Shown: piece by piece, positions 31,348-45,539 of the stretch | Layout of the letters: each line of letters begins with the position of its first letter | Position numbering within the stretch: the first letter of the stretch is position 1 | DNA from: the human T2T-CHM13v2.0 reference genome, Homo sapiens | NCBI RefSeq assembly: GCF_009914755.1 | Contig: NC_060926.1 | Length of the DNA stretch: 64,000 nucleotides | Direction: 5' to 3' (one strand) | Translations under genes and position numbers: made by a program | The notes under the pieces: generated by a model | What the model saw: the letters and a program-made list of their open reading frames with translations, nothing else | Database searches by the model: none | Told to the model about the DNA's origin: nothing

Positions 31348-32119
31348 CTGCAGGAAATAATCTTTTAAAAGAGACACAGAGGTTATAAACTTTAGAAAAA
31401 GGTTGAGAATTGACTACATTAAAATAAAACATTTCTATTGCTCACAAAACATCAAAATCAAAGCAAAACACAAGCCACATGTTGGGAGACAATATTTACA
31501 ATCCATAAAACTAAAAAAGAATTCATATGCAGAATATGTAAAGAATGCCTAGAAATAAATAACTCCCTAAATGAACAAAAGATATGAACAGAAGAGGAAG
31601 CACATCCTCTTTGTGTCTGGACAAATGCAAATTAAGACCATAATGAGATATTCTTTTCACATGATTAGATTAGTAAAAATTCTGAATGCTGACAATACCA
31701 AGTGGAATGAAGACATGGAGTAAAGAGAACTTGAAAATACTGATGGTGGAAGCATAAATTGATACCACATTTTTGGAGAGTAATTTGGCAACAGTTTATA
31801 AAGTTGGAGCAGTCTATATTCCCTGACCCAGTAATTCCACCTGTAAGTATATATCTCCAAGAAACTTTACCCATGGGCACAAGGAGACATGAACAAGAAT
31901 GTTTCTAGCAGTTTTATAGCAAAAAGTTGAAAGCAACCTAAATATTTATCACTTAGGAAAATGAATAAATAAACTGTAATATATTCACTTACAGTAGTGG
32001 TGTCTTAAAAACATAATGCTGAGTGAAAGAAACAAGTGACAAAAGGATTTATATAGAATTTAAAATGTGAACGCTGTACCTTTTTTATAGCTGCACCCCC
32101 ACCCAATCAGGCTACAAAT

Positions 32120-32195
32120 AAGGTTGGCAAACTTTTTTGGTAAACATCTGATAGAAAATATTTCAAGTGCTGCAGACCACATACTGTCTCTGTCA
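32120..32195. mobile_element. MER58 DNA transposon terminal fragment
   Basis: ggttggcaaacttttttggtaaacatctgatagaaaatatttc...ccacatactgtctctgtc. Confidence 0.7.
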
Positions 32196-33289
32196 TCTCT
32201 GTCTCTGTCTCTCCCTGGTGTCCCTGGCTTCATTTGGTTCTGGCCAGTGCTGGTGGTGCTGATGAGGTGGTCTTCTCTGCATAGATGGTGCACAAGGTTT
32301 TCTGGGGCTCGTGGTCAGCTCCCCACGGTCCACTCTGTAGCTGAGTCCCACACTCCTCCAGAGGGCAGCTGTGTCTACCTTTAGCCCTGACAGCAAATGA
32401 GCACCCACAAATCCCTCCCTGGGTTGGGAGTGCCGTTACTTGCCCCAGTGGCCTATGCGGCACCTGCTCTGTGCTAACCCCAGGATCCCTTTCCATAGAA
32501 CCCAGGGACCCTTTACATAGACCCCAGGGACCTTCTAGGGTGTTCATCTGGACTCTCTGAGAGCTAGAAGAATGGGTACTGGGTGGGATTGCCCAGTGTT
32601 CCTCTCAGAAACACCATCCGTCTCTGTTGTTCTGAGCCCTGCTGGCCAAGGCCACATCAACCAGGCCTTTGCCTTTGGAAATCTCTAGACCAGAGGTAGG
32701 CACTGATCTCGGGGTCCAAGTGAACCCCAAAATGTCAAGGGAGCCAGCCATGGGTCCTCTTCTTCCCCACAGTGGGGGAGGCCCTGTGTCAGACACATAT
32801 TCCCAGAATGCGCCCGAGGCTCTTACCACAGCTCCACAGCTGGCTTTGGGTCTGCGGCTCGCTGAACACCAGCGCAGCCTGGGAACCAGCCACTGGCCTC
32901 CCTTGCTGCAGACACCCCAGGAACAAGGGAATCTCAGACCTCACGGGGCCACAGGGGGGTAGCCTCTCACCACAACCCCCGCCCTCCCTAGGAGGCCTTG
33001 CCTCTTCTAACTAACACTGCCAGTGGGAAGGCAGGCAGAGCACTTGGCATTTGCTGGGAGACAGATCTCTCCCTGGGTCTGTAGGTGGGAGCTGGCACCA
33101 CTGCAGGTGGATTTCTGAACTCAGGATTGCTGGGTCTTCAGTGCTTTTCACTGTCAGCTTTGGCCACTGGCTGCAATTCTGAGACACAAGGAAAAATCCC
33201 ACTTGGCTTCCTGTTCCAACATCCAGTCCATCATCAGCTCATTCTTGTGTGCCTGACTTGAACTTCCTGAGCCGTTCTCTTCAGTGAGG

Positions 33290-33640
33290 ACAGTAGGGTC
33301 AGCGGACTGCAGTGCGAAGGTCACCCCAGGCTTCAAATCCTCCCCCTGCCATCTACTTAAATGATAGATGATACTCCTCCCCTCACAGCTCAGTGTGCAG
33401 ATGAAATGAATTAATATCTGAAAAAGATTCAAACAATGCCCAGTGCACAGTACATGATTTCTAAGTGTTTGCTCTTCTTATCATTATATTGAATAAGAAC
33501 TCAGAGGAGCCTCAGTTCCTTGCCTGTTAAATGAGATTCTCGTGCTCACAGGAGGAATTTGGGGAAGAACAGAGATGGCCTATAATCAACATGAGACACA
33601 GTGCCTGGTACATAGTGAGCACTCAGTAAAGTCAGTTCCC
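33290..33640 (+). mobile_element. Two adjacent MIR fragments
   Basis: ggcttcaaatcctccccctgccatctact; gagcctcagttccttgcctgttaaatgag; cagtgcctggtacatagtgagcactcagtaaa. Confidence 0.7.
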
Positions 33641-34639
33641 TTCCATTGCCCTCCACCACTTTCACATCAGAGGCCACGCCTTACAGAGACAGCGGGTGCC
33701 TTGGATGAGCAGGAGCCACCATCCTCGGAAGGAACTGTGCTAGGCAGGCCAGAGCAAGGGGTAGAGGAAAAGGAGTAGGAACCATCTGTGCTTGCCTGGA
33801 ACCGACAGGAGACAGAGCATCCTTGCTCCTGAGTGCCTTCATTCTAAAGGAGACAAATCCTGGGCTAGGAGGCACAGGGCTGGGGTTCTGGCCCCAGCAT
33901 GGCCTGTGAAGCATTGGGCAAGACGGATTAGCAGTCTGAAACTGGGGTTCTCTCAGGCAATGAGAGGGTTGGGCTTGGTGATGTCCACCTTGGCCTGGTT
34001 CTGGCCAGTGACTTCCTGCCGAACCCCATTCAGCACCATTCTCCCACTCTTCCTCCTCTTCACGTCTCTCATCCTCCTTTCACCCTCATGATTGCTTTTT
34101 TGCTCACGGCCACCGGGTTTTGTTATTCTCTGGCACAGCCCAGCATATTCATTTCTCCTGGTGCGCTTCTCAGCTCTGCCTGGCGAATGGTGATGATGAG
34201 ACATCTCCATGGAAACAGATGTTGATCCCACAGTTGCTTAGCGATGTGGGCAGGATGATGTCAGCCATGTTCTGATTTCCGGAAGGGCTTGGCATGCTTT
34301 GATGTGTCTGTACTACTAGGGCTGGGATGAGTAGGATGTTTCTTTCCTTGTGTCTCCCTTTTTTACGTAAAAGTAAAAGGCAAAAAGAACTGGAAATTTA
34401 TTTTTGGGGGGACGAATGCCATTGTAAGGAGAGCAAAGTTTTGGGAGGCAGAGAATTGGGTTTGAGGCAGAGATAAGATAAGGAAGATGATGTGCTCCTC
34501 TAGAGGCCCAAGGGCTGGGGGCACCTGGGAAACTGCTTCCAGCGGGGGCAACTGCTGGCCAAAGCTGAGTACTCGGTGCCTCCCACTGCCTTAAGACCTG
34601 CCGTGGCAACAGTCACCTTGGGACAAATGCTGCTCCCAC

Positions 34640-34775
34640 CAGAGCACCCCCAACATTTGTGAGACCTAGAGCAACAGTGCAAATGGAGGCCACATACCAT
34701 CTCTCTAAATACTTAAAATTATAAACCAAGTCAGGATATTGTCAAATAAAATATATGCTATCCTCTGACCTTAGC
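34640..34775. mobile_element. hAT-Tip100 (MER115-like) DNA transposon fragment
   Basis: caacatttgtgagacctagagcaacagtgcaaatggaggccacataccat...taaatacttaaaattataaa. Confidence 0.55.
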
Positions 34776-34778
34776 AGT

Positions 34779-35231
34779 TGTGATGTGGAATAGTGCCTGG
34801 GCCCCACAAAGATGTCCACATCTTAATCCCTGAAACTTGTAAATATGTTTGATTCAGGTTGTGGATGATATTGAGATTGTGGCTGACTTTAAGATTGGGA
34901 GATTATATCCTGGCTTGGGTGGGTGAGTCCAGCATAATCACAAGGGTCTGTAAAAGTGGAAGATGGAGACAGAAGAGCAGGTCAGAGGGATGTGATGTGA
35001 GAGGAACTAACCAGCTATTGTTGGCTTTGGAGATGGAGGAAGGGACCACAAGGAAGAGGATACAGAAAGGGGCAAAAAACCAAAATCTACCTGAGAAGCT
35101 CCAGGAGGGAACGTAGCCCTGCTGATGCCCAGTGAGACTGCTGACCAAGGGACTCTAAGGTGTAAATGTGTGTTGCTTTAAGCCGCTAAGGTTGTGGGAA
35201 CTTGTTCTAGTGGCAACAGGAGCGTGATCCA
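34779..35231 (+). mobile_element. MLT1D-like MaLR solo LTR
   Basis: aaagatgtccacatcttaatccctgaaac, ttggctttggagatggaggaaggg, gtgttgctttaagccgctaag. Confidence 0.85.
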
Positions 35232-35363
35232 TGTGGGAGGGCCATGGCACTGCTGCTCGGGGGCATGGCCCAGGAGGGAGGTTTTCTTGCCTGCATCTAG
35301 GTTCTACCACCAGGGAAAAAACGAAGTGATTTCTTTACCCTTTCCCTCCTTCCCTAACCCCTT

Positions 35364-35787
35364 TGTGTTAGTCTGTTGTGTACTGCTATAAAGGAATACC
35401 TGAGGCTGGTAATTTATAAAGAGGCTCTGCAGCCTGTACAGGAAGCATGGCATCAGCATCTGCTCCTGGGGAGGCCTCAGGAAGCTTCTACTCCTGGCAG
35501 AAGGTGAAGGGGGAGCAGGTACGTCACATGGTGAGAGGGAAGCATACGTCACATGGTGAGAGGGAAGCAAAAGAGAGGGAGCAGGAGAGAGGCCAGGCTC
35601 TTTCAAACAACCAGCTCTTGTGTGAACTAATAGAGCGGGAACTCATTCATTACCATGGGGAGGGCACCAAGCCATTCATGCAGGATCCTCCCCCATAACC
35701 CAAACACCTCCTGCTAGACCCACCTCCGACACTGTAGGTCACATTCCAGCATGAGATTTGGAGGGGACAAATATCCAAACCATATCA
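35364..35787 (-). mobile_element. MSTB-like MaLR solo LTR
   Basis: TG...CA termini, perfect TSD ccctt (35359-35363, 35788-35792), catgagatttggaggggacaaatatccaaaccatatca. Confidence 0.93.
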
Positions 35788-36134
35788 CCCTTCAAAACAA
35801 AATATAACAAAACAGAGACAGCTCAAAGAATCTAACCAAGCCAAACTCCTCATTATATAGCCAAACCCAACTCTCCTATTAGCAGGAGAAAGGAAGGCAG
35901 CTTTTTTGTGTTACAAGAGATGTTGGGGCCATGAGGTCTTATGGGACTCTGAATTGCCCCTGCTTATCTGACCCTACCATCAGCCAGCAATGTGACCCAG
36001 GGCAGTCACAGAATGATGTGCTTCAGGATCTTCACCTGTGAGATAAAATTCATGAATGACACAAGGGCCAGGTTACTGTCTCTTTCTTCCCTTGGCTGTC
36101 TTCTAGTTTAGTAAACTGTGTTGCTTAATTCTGA

Positions 36135-36489
<355 letters not shown>

Positions 36490-37536
36490 AATGTTTTCTT
36501 CTCTCTAGTCAGTCAACCCACTCCTGCAGGATCCTTCAGGTCTGGGACATACCCTACCTCCTCCAGGTAGCCCACCATGACCACTGCTGCCCATGCTCGG
36601 CACATTCTGGCCGTAGCACCTTTGCCTTCACTTTCTTCTCCGTGTATAGCAACGCATTTTGCATATTTAGTTTAAACTTGTCCGTTTGAATCACCATTGG
36701 TCAGTTGATGATCAGTGGCTCTATTCAGGGCCTAGGACAGCTGGTTACATAATCAAGTCAAAGCCTGAACTACCTTGTAACTCTTAGGGTTCCCTGCTCC
36801 GCTGAGTGCAATGGTTTGTCTGGCTTGACACTTTTACAGCTTCCAAGACCCCTTCTCTGACAGCCTGTGAGCGCCTGTGTGTAGGCTGATCCTTGCAGCA
36901 GTCTCGGGGTACACCCTATGCCCAGGTGGGGAGAATTAACCTGTAAGAGCTACTTTTCACTTTTAGTTATTTAACTTAATATGTGCCATGAGGCTTTCAA
37001 GAAGTCTTGGTTGGGACTTCTTTATATCAAGGAGTTAAAAAGGAATTATTTGAGTTCAAGAGAAAGGAAAGATTAATAACATGGAAAACATCACCATCAT
37101 GAGAAGCCTGTACTGGCAGTGTGTGCAGGTCTCAGTGAGCATGGATGTCTAGTGAGTGTTGTAAATATGCAGCACCCAGTGAAATGCAAGGTGCAATCTC
37201 ACAGCAGACCGTGCTAAGACATCATTATTCCTGCACTATAAAGGCAGACTAGAAATCTGACCACTAAATATTTTAATAATAAAAGGGTAATGCTTATTAC
37301 TCAATTAAATAAAATTTCCTACTTATTGTTATATTCCAAAGGATATCTATGATAGCAACATTTGGCTCCAGCTCAATGCTTATCTTAAAACTTGGCCATT
37401 TTGCATTTATCAGGATGTGTTTTTAGTGTACCTCTAAAAGGGTCCCATTGAGGCTTTTGTATTTCTTTCCCTGATAGGTATTTCATCCTTGTTAAAAATA
37501 GAGCCTCACATAAAAGCTGAAAACATGTTCCATCTC

Positions 37537-37919
37537 TGTATTAGTCCATTCTTACACTGCTATGAAGAAATACCCTAGACTGTGTAATTTATAAAGGAAA
37601 GAAGTTTAATTGACTCACAGTTCAGCATGACTGAGGAGGCCTCAGGAAACTTACAATCATGACAGAAGGGGCAGCAGACACCTTCTTCATGAGGCAGCGG
37701 GAGAGAGTGTGAGTGAGAATGAGGAAGTGCCACACTTTAAAAGCATCAGCTCTCATGAGAGCTCACTCACTACCATGAGAACAGCATGGGAGAAACCACC
37801 CCTCATGATCCAATCACCTCCCTCCCTTGATGTGTGAGGATTACAGGTCCCTCCCTGGACACATGGGGATTACAAACTGAGATGAGATTTGGGTGGGGAC
37901 ACAGAGCCAACCCATATTA
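37537..37919 (-). mobile_element. THE1D-like MaLR solo LTR
   Basis: tgtattagtccattcttacactgctatgaagaaatacc...gagatgagatttgggtggggacacagagcc. Confidence 0.92.
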
Positions 37920-39122
37920 GTCGCTAACTGCTTCTTTATGCTGATTCTCAACCTCCCCCTGAAACATTGTTGATCCAGGTCACTGAGATCTCAGGTTGAG
38001 GCGAGTCGCGAAGTCCTACATTTCCTCTGGGGAAACAGTGTGAGTGAGCGCCCATCCCATGGGTGTGAACCAGCCCAAATGAGGTGCTAGTAAACCAGGT
38101 GGAGTTGCCCCTTCCAGAACCATCTCCCGGTCTTCTCTGGCCTCCACTGTCCCCAAGCAAAGGGGAAGAACCACAGCTTTGTCCTGGTTAAAAGGACTCT
38201 GCAGTCACTGCTGGGTCTCTATTTAATCACAGTCCGTTACCACCCAGAATGGTTCCTGAGCCCTCCGCTCCACTCCACATACTGAGCAGAGTTTTGAAGT
38301 GTGATTAAATGGTTCATGCGGTGGCCAAAAGGAAGTAAAGGAGCAAATGGCAGGAATAACCCACGAGGATGGCAATCTGCTGACTGAGGGTCAAACATCC
38401 CACAACATTATGGTGAACGTGCAATCTCTATTTTTCAAGTCAGTCTGGATTTCAGATGTTCAGTGCCACTTGCCTGATACATTCATGGTATTCTTGTGAG
38501 CCGACCATGCCTCCATCTGGGAATCAGAACAGGTAGTGACAGCCTGTAGAACCACCCAGCTGAATGACAGGACAGGTCCCGGAGCTGCTGGAATTGTTGC
38601 TGAAGCATCTCCCCCACCGCAGATGATAATGCCATTGATGAAGTTCACTCCACTTTGGGAACCCCCTGAAGGAACTCGTGCCATTCATATTTGGTCATGT
38701 GCGTATTCAATGTCTTCCATCTGCTCACACTGTAGAGAGCAGTTTGCTGTATTTTTCTGCCCAATGGGCTGCTTTGGTTATAGATTATAAATAATTTATT
38801 TCCAGAATCTCAAGACTTTCCTTTTTCTTTAGGATTACATTTTGTATTTTTCATGTGGTTTGCCCTTCTGGGAGAATGTTCTCGGGTCTGAGTAACTTAT
38901 TTTGGTTCCTCGAAACTGCTTTGGTTTGCACAGATGGTCTTCCTTTCAACCACTTTCCGTATTTTAATGATCTCTTATTCTTATGGAATTATTCCAAGTG
39001 ACGTATTTGGTTTCAAGTTTTAGGCTGAAACACAGTTTTTTACTGCTAATTCCTGTCCATATGCGGTGTTTCATCTTTTGGGCTGACTGGGTGAAATCTG
39101 CAATTAGCTGTGGTCACTGGGG

Positions 39123-39338
39123 CACTGTTTCCCAAAGTAGGGTTTGTGCAACACCTGCATTCATAGTCAGCATGCTTCTCAAAAATGTAAATTTCTTGGA
39201 CTAGTTGCAAACCCCCTGGTTTATAATTTTGGTGAGGGGCTGGGGAGTGGGGAGGGGGAAGGGAGGAGGCCCTGGAATCTGCATTTCTCACAAGTGTAGC
39301 AGGTGATGCATGTACACCATAGAATCTGAGAACCACAA
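39123..39338. mobile_element. MER5A-like DNA transposon with G-rich core
   Basis: cactgtttcccaaagt...ggaatctgcatttctcacaag...caggtgatgc...tctgagaaccac. Confidence 0.75.
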
Positions 39339-40539
39339 CCTAAGAGAAGGAGTGTAGTCTGCTGTGCTCCCAGACTATGTTTCTCCACACATTGCAACTC
39401 ACAGGACCACGCTGTGAGAAGGACTCTGGCATTGGGTCTTTTCACCTGATCTTGTGGCCAGGTGTGGCTTGCTGCAACCGTCATTCCATGCAGAATCTTG
39501 CCATTCTGAAGGTGAACTGCACTATTATAGTTGGACTCCATGGAAATCAACCTGGCCACAGTGCCCAGGATGCGTCTGAGTGGGCAGAAAGGGGCACTTG
39601 GGAGGTCAGCATTCCCCAAATTTTCCACATAGAGGCAATATAAAAATGATGACATTTGCATTGGGAGTGCAATGTGCATTGGGAGTACCAAAGGAGGCTT
39701 CCTGGGGCTGCAAGATGCTAGTCCAGAGGCCCCAGCTTCCCCAAGCCTGATCTGGTTGTGTCCAGGGCCAAGGAGATAAAACCCTAGCATACCTGTATCC
39801 CATTTGTTGGAAGCCCTGTGTTAGATGTCTGTTGCTATAGTCCAGAACAGAAATAGAAGATGGCCTGTAGGAATAGTAGGGAGGGGATGAAGCAACAGAT
39901 ACTGAGGGTGGGGATTTTAGGACTTAACTAATCAGATGTGGGGAAACCAGAAGGGAAGGTATCAGAGGGCATTGGGGTCTGAGCCCAGCTGGGAGGTGGG
40001 GCCACTAACAGCAATAATGAGAGCCTGCCCTTGTTGCAGTGGAAGCTTTTATCTACTCTCACCTCTCTCTTCCGTGTCCTGGCCAAAGCCATATCCTTTC
40101 CCTGGTCATCTGTCCTGGGGGCTACTCCCAAAGGCCTGAGGCTGTAGAAGTGGGAAGACTGTGGCCCCCCAGGTGTCCAGGCAGATGACTGCTTTCGCTT
40201 CTCACAACCTGTGCTCCTACTAACAAGGGCTAGGGAGTATTTTCCCTATTTTATTTCTTAGTCGAGTAAGGCACATGCAAGCTATGTACCTCATTCCATG
40301 CATGACTTACTTGCCATGGGCTGGGGAGGGAGTTTATTGCCGGCCTTTTAAGTCCTAACTCAATGTTTTGTGTGTTTTTGCAGTCACCACCAAACAGCCA
40401 CTTCAGCATATTGACAGAGAGCTTGTTTGCTCTTCATAGTAACCTCTGGCTGTGCTGTAGGCAGGTCAGGCTTCTAAATGGCAGTTTACTGAGGAGGACT
40501 CCTGGGCTGAGATTGTGTGGCGGCACCCAAGTCTTCCAG

Positions 40540-40553
40540 CCAGCAGGTGGCAG
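40540..40553 (+). promoter_or_regulatory. CTCF core motif
   Basis: CCAGCAGGTGGCAG matches CCASYAGRKGGCRS at all positions. Confidence 0.5.
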
Positions 40554-41349
40554 AACAGGGATCTCTGAATCCCTAATGCTGGAAAGTCTGGGGCTCCATT
40601 CTGATCCAGCAAATCACCATGTTTAGCCCACAGTGCAGCCCCCTCCTTAACCTTCTGCCCCAAACCCATTTGCCAGTTCTTGATGGCAACAATAGGAAAA
40701 GTAGGCTTCCAGGCAGGACTGATCCAAGAGACAGCTCTGATTTAAACCCAGGAGTGGGTTAGGTTTTGTAGCACCTGCAGCTCATACAATTTTGAAGTGC
40801 CTCTTTAAGAAAAAAAAAAAAAAAAAAGCAAACGTATGCTACTTTTGCAAACTTTACAGAAAACACAGGACCGTGCAGGTAAGGGGTCTTGACGCTTATG
40901 CTTTGTTAGCTTCTGGGTAAATCTGCTTCCACTTAAACACACTAAGGACAATTGAGGGCAGGCAGAGGCTTGGGTCACTGTTCCCTCTTGCTCACATTTT
41001 GCCTGGCACAGGTGCAAAATTACGGTACCATCGCATTTGAAAACAGCAGTTACCCCAAGCAGTTATCCCTCAAGGCCCTTTATAAATGTCAAGCTAATTA
41101 TTAGATGATTAGATAATAGCTACAGTGTGTGCCGTCTGGGTGAGCTGTGGCTGCTGCTACCAAAACACCCTGAGAATGCCAAGTGACATGTTTGGAAAGG
41201 ATTGGAAGGACTAAGAGTTCCAGGCCTGGACGGTGAAAACAAGCCTGGAGGTGGTCTCCAATGGGGAGATGCCTTAGAGGGAAAGGATGAGGAGGGCAGA
41301 GGCTGTGGCAGGTGCAAACATCTTCCCCAGAGAAAGGGCTCAGGTAGCA

Positions 41350-41555
41350 ACAGCCACTTACTGAGCATTTGCTGGGTCAGGCTAAGCTCTTTACATGCAT
41401 TTTTTCGTTTAACTCAAAACAACCTTTAAATGTGGGAAATTGTATTATTCCTAATTACCAGGTGAAAGTGGAGGCTGGACGGCACACACCACTAGTAAGC
41501 GGTGGAAAAGTATTTGAACTTAGAGCTTTCTAAGCCCATGTTTTTAACTCCTGAG
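41350..41555 (-). mobile_element. MIR SINE
   Basis: cagccacttactgagcatttgct...ctttacatgcatt...tttaactcaaaacaacc. Confidence 0.7.
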
Positions 41556-41600
41556 CTGCTGGTGAGAGCCCTCTGGGCTAGGAACCCCTCTCTCTCCTGG

Positions 41601-41897
41601 TCTTTTTCTTTTTTCGAGATGGAGTTTTTGCTCTTTTCGCCCAGGCTGGAGTACAGTGGTGCAATCTCGGTTTATTGCAACCTCCGCCTCCCTGGTTCAA
41701 GTGATTGTCCTGCCTCAGCCTCCTGAGTAGCTGGGACTACAGGCGCCCACCACCACGCCTGGCTAACTTTTGTATTTTTAGTAGAGATGGGGTTTCACCC
41801 TGTTGGGCAGGATGGTCTTGATCTCCTGACCTTGTGATCTGCCTGCCTTGGCCTCCCAAAGTGCTGGGATTATAGGCATGAGCCACTGCGCCCAGCC
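41601..41897 (-). mobile_element. Alu SINE (AluS-type)
   Basis: 16-bp TSD tctcctggtctttttc at 41593-41608 and 41899-41914. Confidence 0.97.
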
Positions 41898-42103
41898 TTC
41901 TCCTGGTCTTTTTCAGGAATGCATGGGAGGACTCATTCTGGGATCATAAATGACATCCCCCAAATTCTACCCCAGATCTGCCTACAGTCAAGCTTGAGGC
42001 CTTGTGGGCCTAGAACCAGGGCATCCTGGACTTCCGATGGGCAGGGCTGTATAGGAAGTTATGCCACCAACGAGGTGGTCCTGGACAGGGGCTGCATTAG
42101 GTC

Positions 42104-42668
<565 letters not shown>

Positions 42669-42729
42669 GTCCTTCCAGCCCTGCCCCCACACTGGCTGGT
42701 TGGGAGCATTGTTCAAGGTTATGCCAGTA

Positions 42730-43215
42730 GAGCAGCCCCTCTCTTCCTCGTTAAGGCAGCCTGGTGAAGCTTTGAATCCCTCCTCAGAGCTATATTTTTA
42801 AATGCATGAAACAGAAGACATAGGATAACACCAATTACATTGAAATACAGTTATCACAATATTTTTATAGAAGCTAAAATTTTTGATATCACATCACAGA
42901 TTCTTGTTAACACGACAAACAAGATCTAGTGACAGATCTCGCAACCCCCATAATTCTGAAGCAGTGATTAGCTTAAACAATAATTTCAGATATCGTAACA
43001 AATGCAGTGATATGAAATGTAACTTTGATTTCTACTGGCAAGTCGCAGATGCTGCTAAAATGTCTGAGGCCTGTTGACTACATTCAGAAGAGCAGGAGAT
43101 ACTCAATTTCAGTGGAAGGTTAGTGAAAATAAGGATATAAATTTTTTCCCCATTCAAGTTCACAGACCCTTCGAATTCTCTCCACAGCCCCACCGCCCCT
43201 GTTGTAAATCCATCA
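42730..43215. mobile_element. MER20B-like hAT-Charlie DNA transposon
   Basis: tttttaaatgcat, ttgaaatacagttatca, aacaagatctag, ggttagtgaaaataa, caagttcacagaccc. Confidence 0.8.
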
Positions 43216-45539
43216 GCACAGTATGCTAGCCATTCGGGTCATTACTGCTAATTATAGCTGTTGTTAGTATTTGCTTCAGGCACAGCTGGCACCATGGCCT
43301 GGCTGGTCCCAGCTTCACTCATTCCCTGCTCTCAGTCCTAGTGACTAGCGAGGGAAACGTGTCTGCACAGCTTTTCTCCCTGGATGGAAGCCGAGTGCCT
43401 CTGGCCTGGAGCCTGTCCCTCAACCTGTCCCTCCACCAGGGAAAGCTGCAAAAGGGAGTCTGTGGCCTTTCCATCCTGGGTCTGTGGGAGTTCATCAGAG
43501 CAGAGGGTGGGCTCCTGACCCAGCCTGTCCTCATGGGAGTGCTGCAAGCTGACACCTAAGAGAGAACTGCCTGATTCCTAGGGTGACCTACCCTGTCAAC
43601 AGAGGAGGGTGTCTCTGTTGCAAAGGCCTGGGAGGAGGTGGCCGGCAGAGCTTCAGAGAGCCATTCTGGGGTAAGCAGCTTATTTTTCCCTCCCTGCAAT
43701 GGCTTGTTTTCAGACTCATTCACAGAATGCCCCAGAGGCTATGAGACCAAGGAAAGGGTGACACTTTTCCCCTGCACCTATGGTGGAATGGGCACAGAGG
43801 AGAACAAGGCTCGTGTGCCTCCCTACTTCTCAGGAAGGAAACTGCCTGTCATCATTGTTTGCAATTTCTCAGACACCACACAGTGGTGCCAGGTCCCTGT
43901 TGGGTGGCCCACCGTTTGAAGGGCTCCTGGCTCAGACTGGAAAATGGAGAAGGCAGGGTAGGGTCGGATGAGCCCAGACAGAGCCAAGACGGTCAGGGCT
44001 GGCAGAGACCTCAGGGGACATGTGACCCTCCTGCCTCATCGCCAGGTGAGGAGCTGGAAGCCGGGTCCCAGTGGGTCAGGCCAGAGCCAAATATCAGCCT
44101 TTGTCACCTCTCCTGTGGCCTGATCAGTCAGTGCCTTACAGCCTCTCTGGTGGGATCCCTCATCCCTCCTGGTGACGGGGTGGGGAGAGGACAGACATTC
44201 AGCCTGCCAGATCCTGATTTCCTCATTGGTAAAATGGGAAAATGATCATCTGTCCCTCAAAGGTTGGCAGGAGGCCTTCATCTCTTACTAAGTGCCCAGC
44301 ACAAAGATAACAATAAAATCACAAATAAGAGGTCCCTGCCCCTCTCCCCTTCTGTGCTGAGTTCATCTGGAATCCCCAAGGCCCAGCCTCAGGCCTGGTG
44401 CTCAGTGGGAACTTAAAGAATCCCTGTTAAAATAAAGATGGATGGCTCTGACCTCCAAATGCCAAGACCGGGCTGTTTGCAAATCTAAAGGCTCCTAGGC
44501 AGCAGTGGGAGGAATTTGAGCAGAAACATGGAACAGCATGTCCAAGGACATAAATTCCAAGTTATTTTTGTTGGGAAATCTGAAGAAAATAATTCCATCC
44601 ACATTCCCCACGTCGGAACTGTTCTCCCAGGTTGGCTTCAGCAGCGGCCCATTCCAGCCACCCCTCCTTCCTGCAGGCAGAGGTGAGGCCCTAGGAGGGA
44701 GCAGGGCAGGCCAAGTACCCTATTCGGGAGAAGGTGTCCCTGGATCATTGCCTTGGCTTGGGAAGATGATGGCACCAGGTGGCAGGGGCTGAGCCACAGG
44801 TAGTGGATGGAAAGGGCCTGTCATCTGGGCAGAAACTCAGACCCTGAGGGTCCATGTCCTTAATGAGGGGGGAATGGGGCTGGGAGGTGCCCACGTCACC
44901 AGGAAGCATTTCTGATGCTCCCCCTACTACAGGGCTCTCACTTAGCACAGTTTAAACCCAATTTATTCCAAAGTTATATGACTAAAACATCTTTCAGCTT
45001 GCCCCCTGTTAAATGTATATTGTATTCATTTACAAATTATTTGACGTAAATTACTGTACAGATCTGTGTATTATACACATTAAAACTTTTAAAAAAGAAA
45101 AGCATGGAAAAGTGAAAGGATATAAATAAATGTAAACAGAGCATCCACATTTTGATCCTGCATTGGGAACAAATGAATTTGGTGGACATGCCCCACTCTG
45201 GAGACCCCCGGTATAAACTACGCTTGCTTTCATTGCTCTTCTGTTTCTTTGTATCTTGCTTATTTGTTGGTTCAATTTAGTGAGAGCCTCTCCTGCCAGG
45301 CAGGGTGGGTATCTTGTTTTTCCACCTGGTTTATAAAGTTGCTAAAACACCAGAACATTAATGCTTTGGGCAGCACATTGTACACAGCTGGTGCCTCATA
45401 AAGGCAGTGAACCCCTCCTGAACACCTCCTTTAGTCCAGCTTCGTGGCAGTCCTTAGGGTTTCCAAAAATAAGACCTGCTTCCCACCCTCACGATGCTCA
45501 CGATCCCGGGGAGAGACAGGCTCACAGAGACCACACTTC

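Noticed and set aside
34029-34038. REST/NRSE left half-site TTCAGCACCA
   Set aside because: The GGACAG right half is absent
37818-37875. Internal ~29-bp duplication in THE1D
   Set aside because: Degenerate and possibly a subfamily feature rather than locus-specific
39221-39790. 189-aa minus-strand ORF
   Set aside because: Runs into a MER5A-like element and has no recognisable homology
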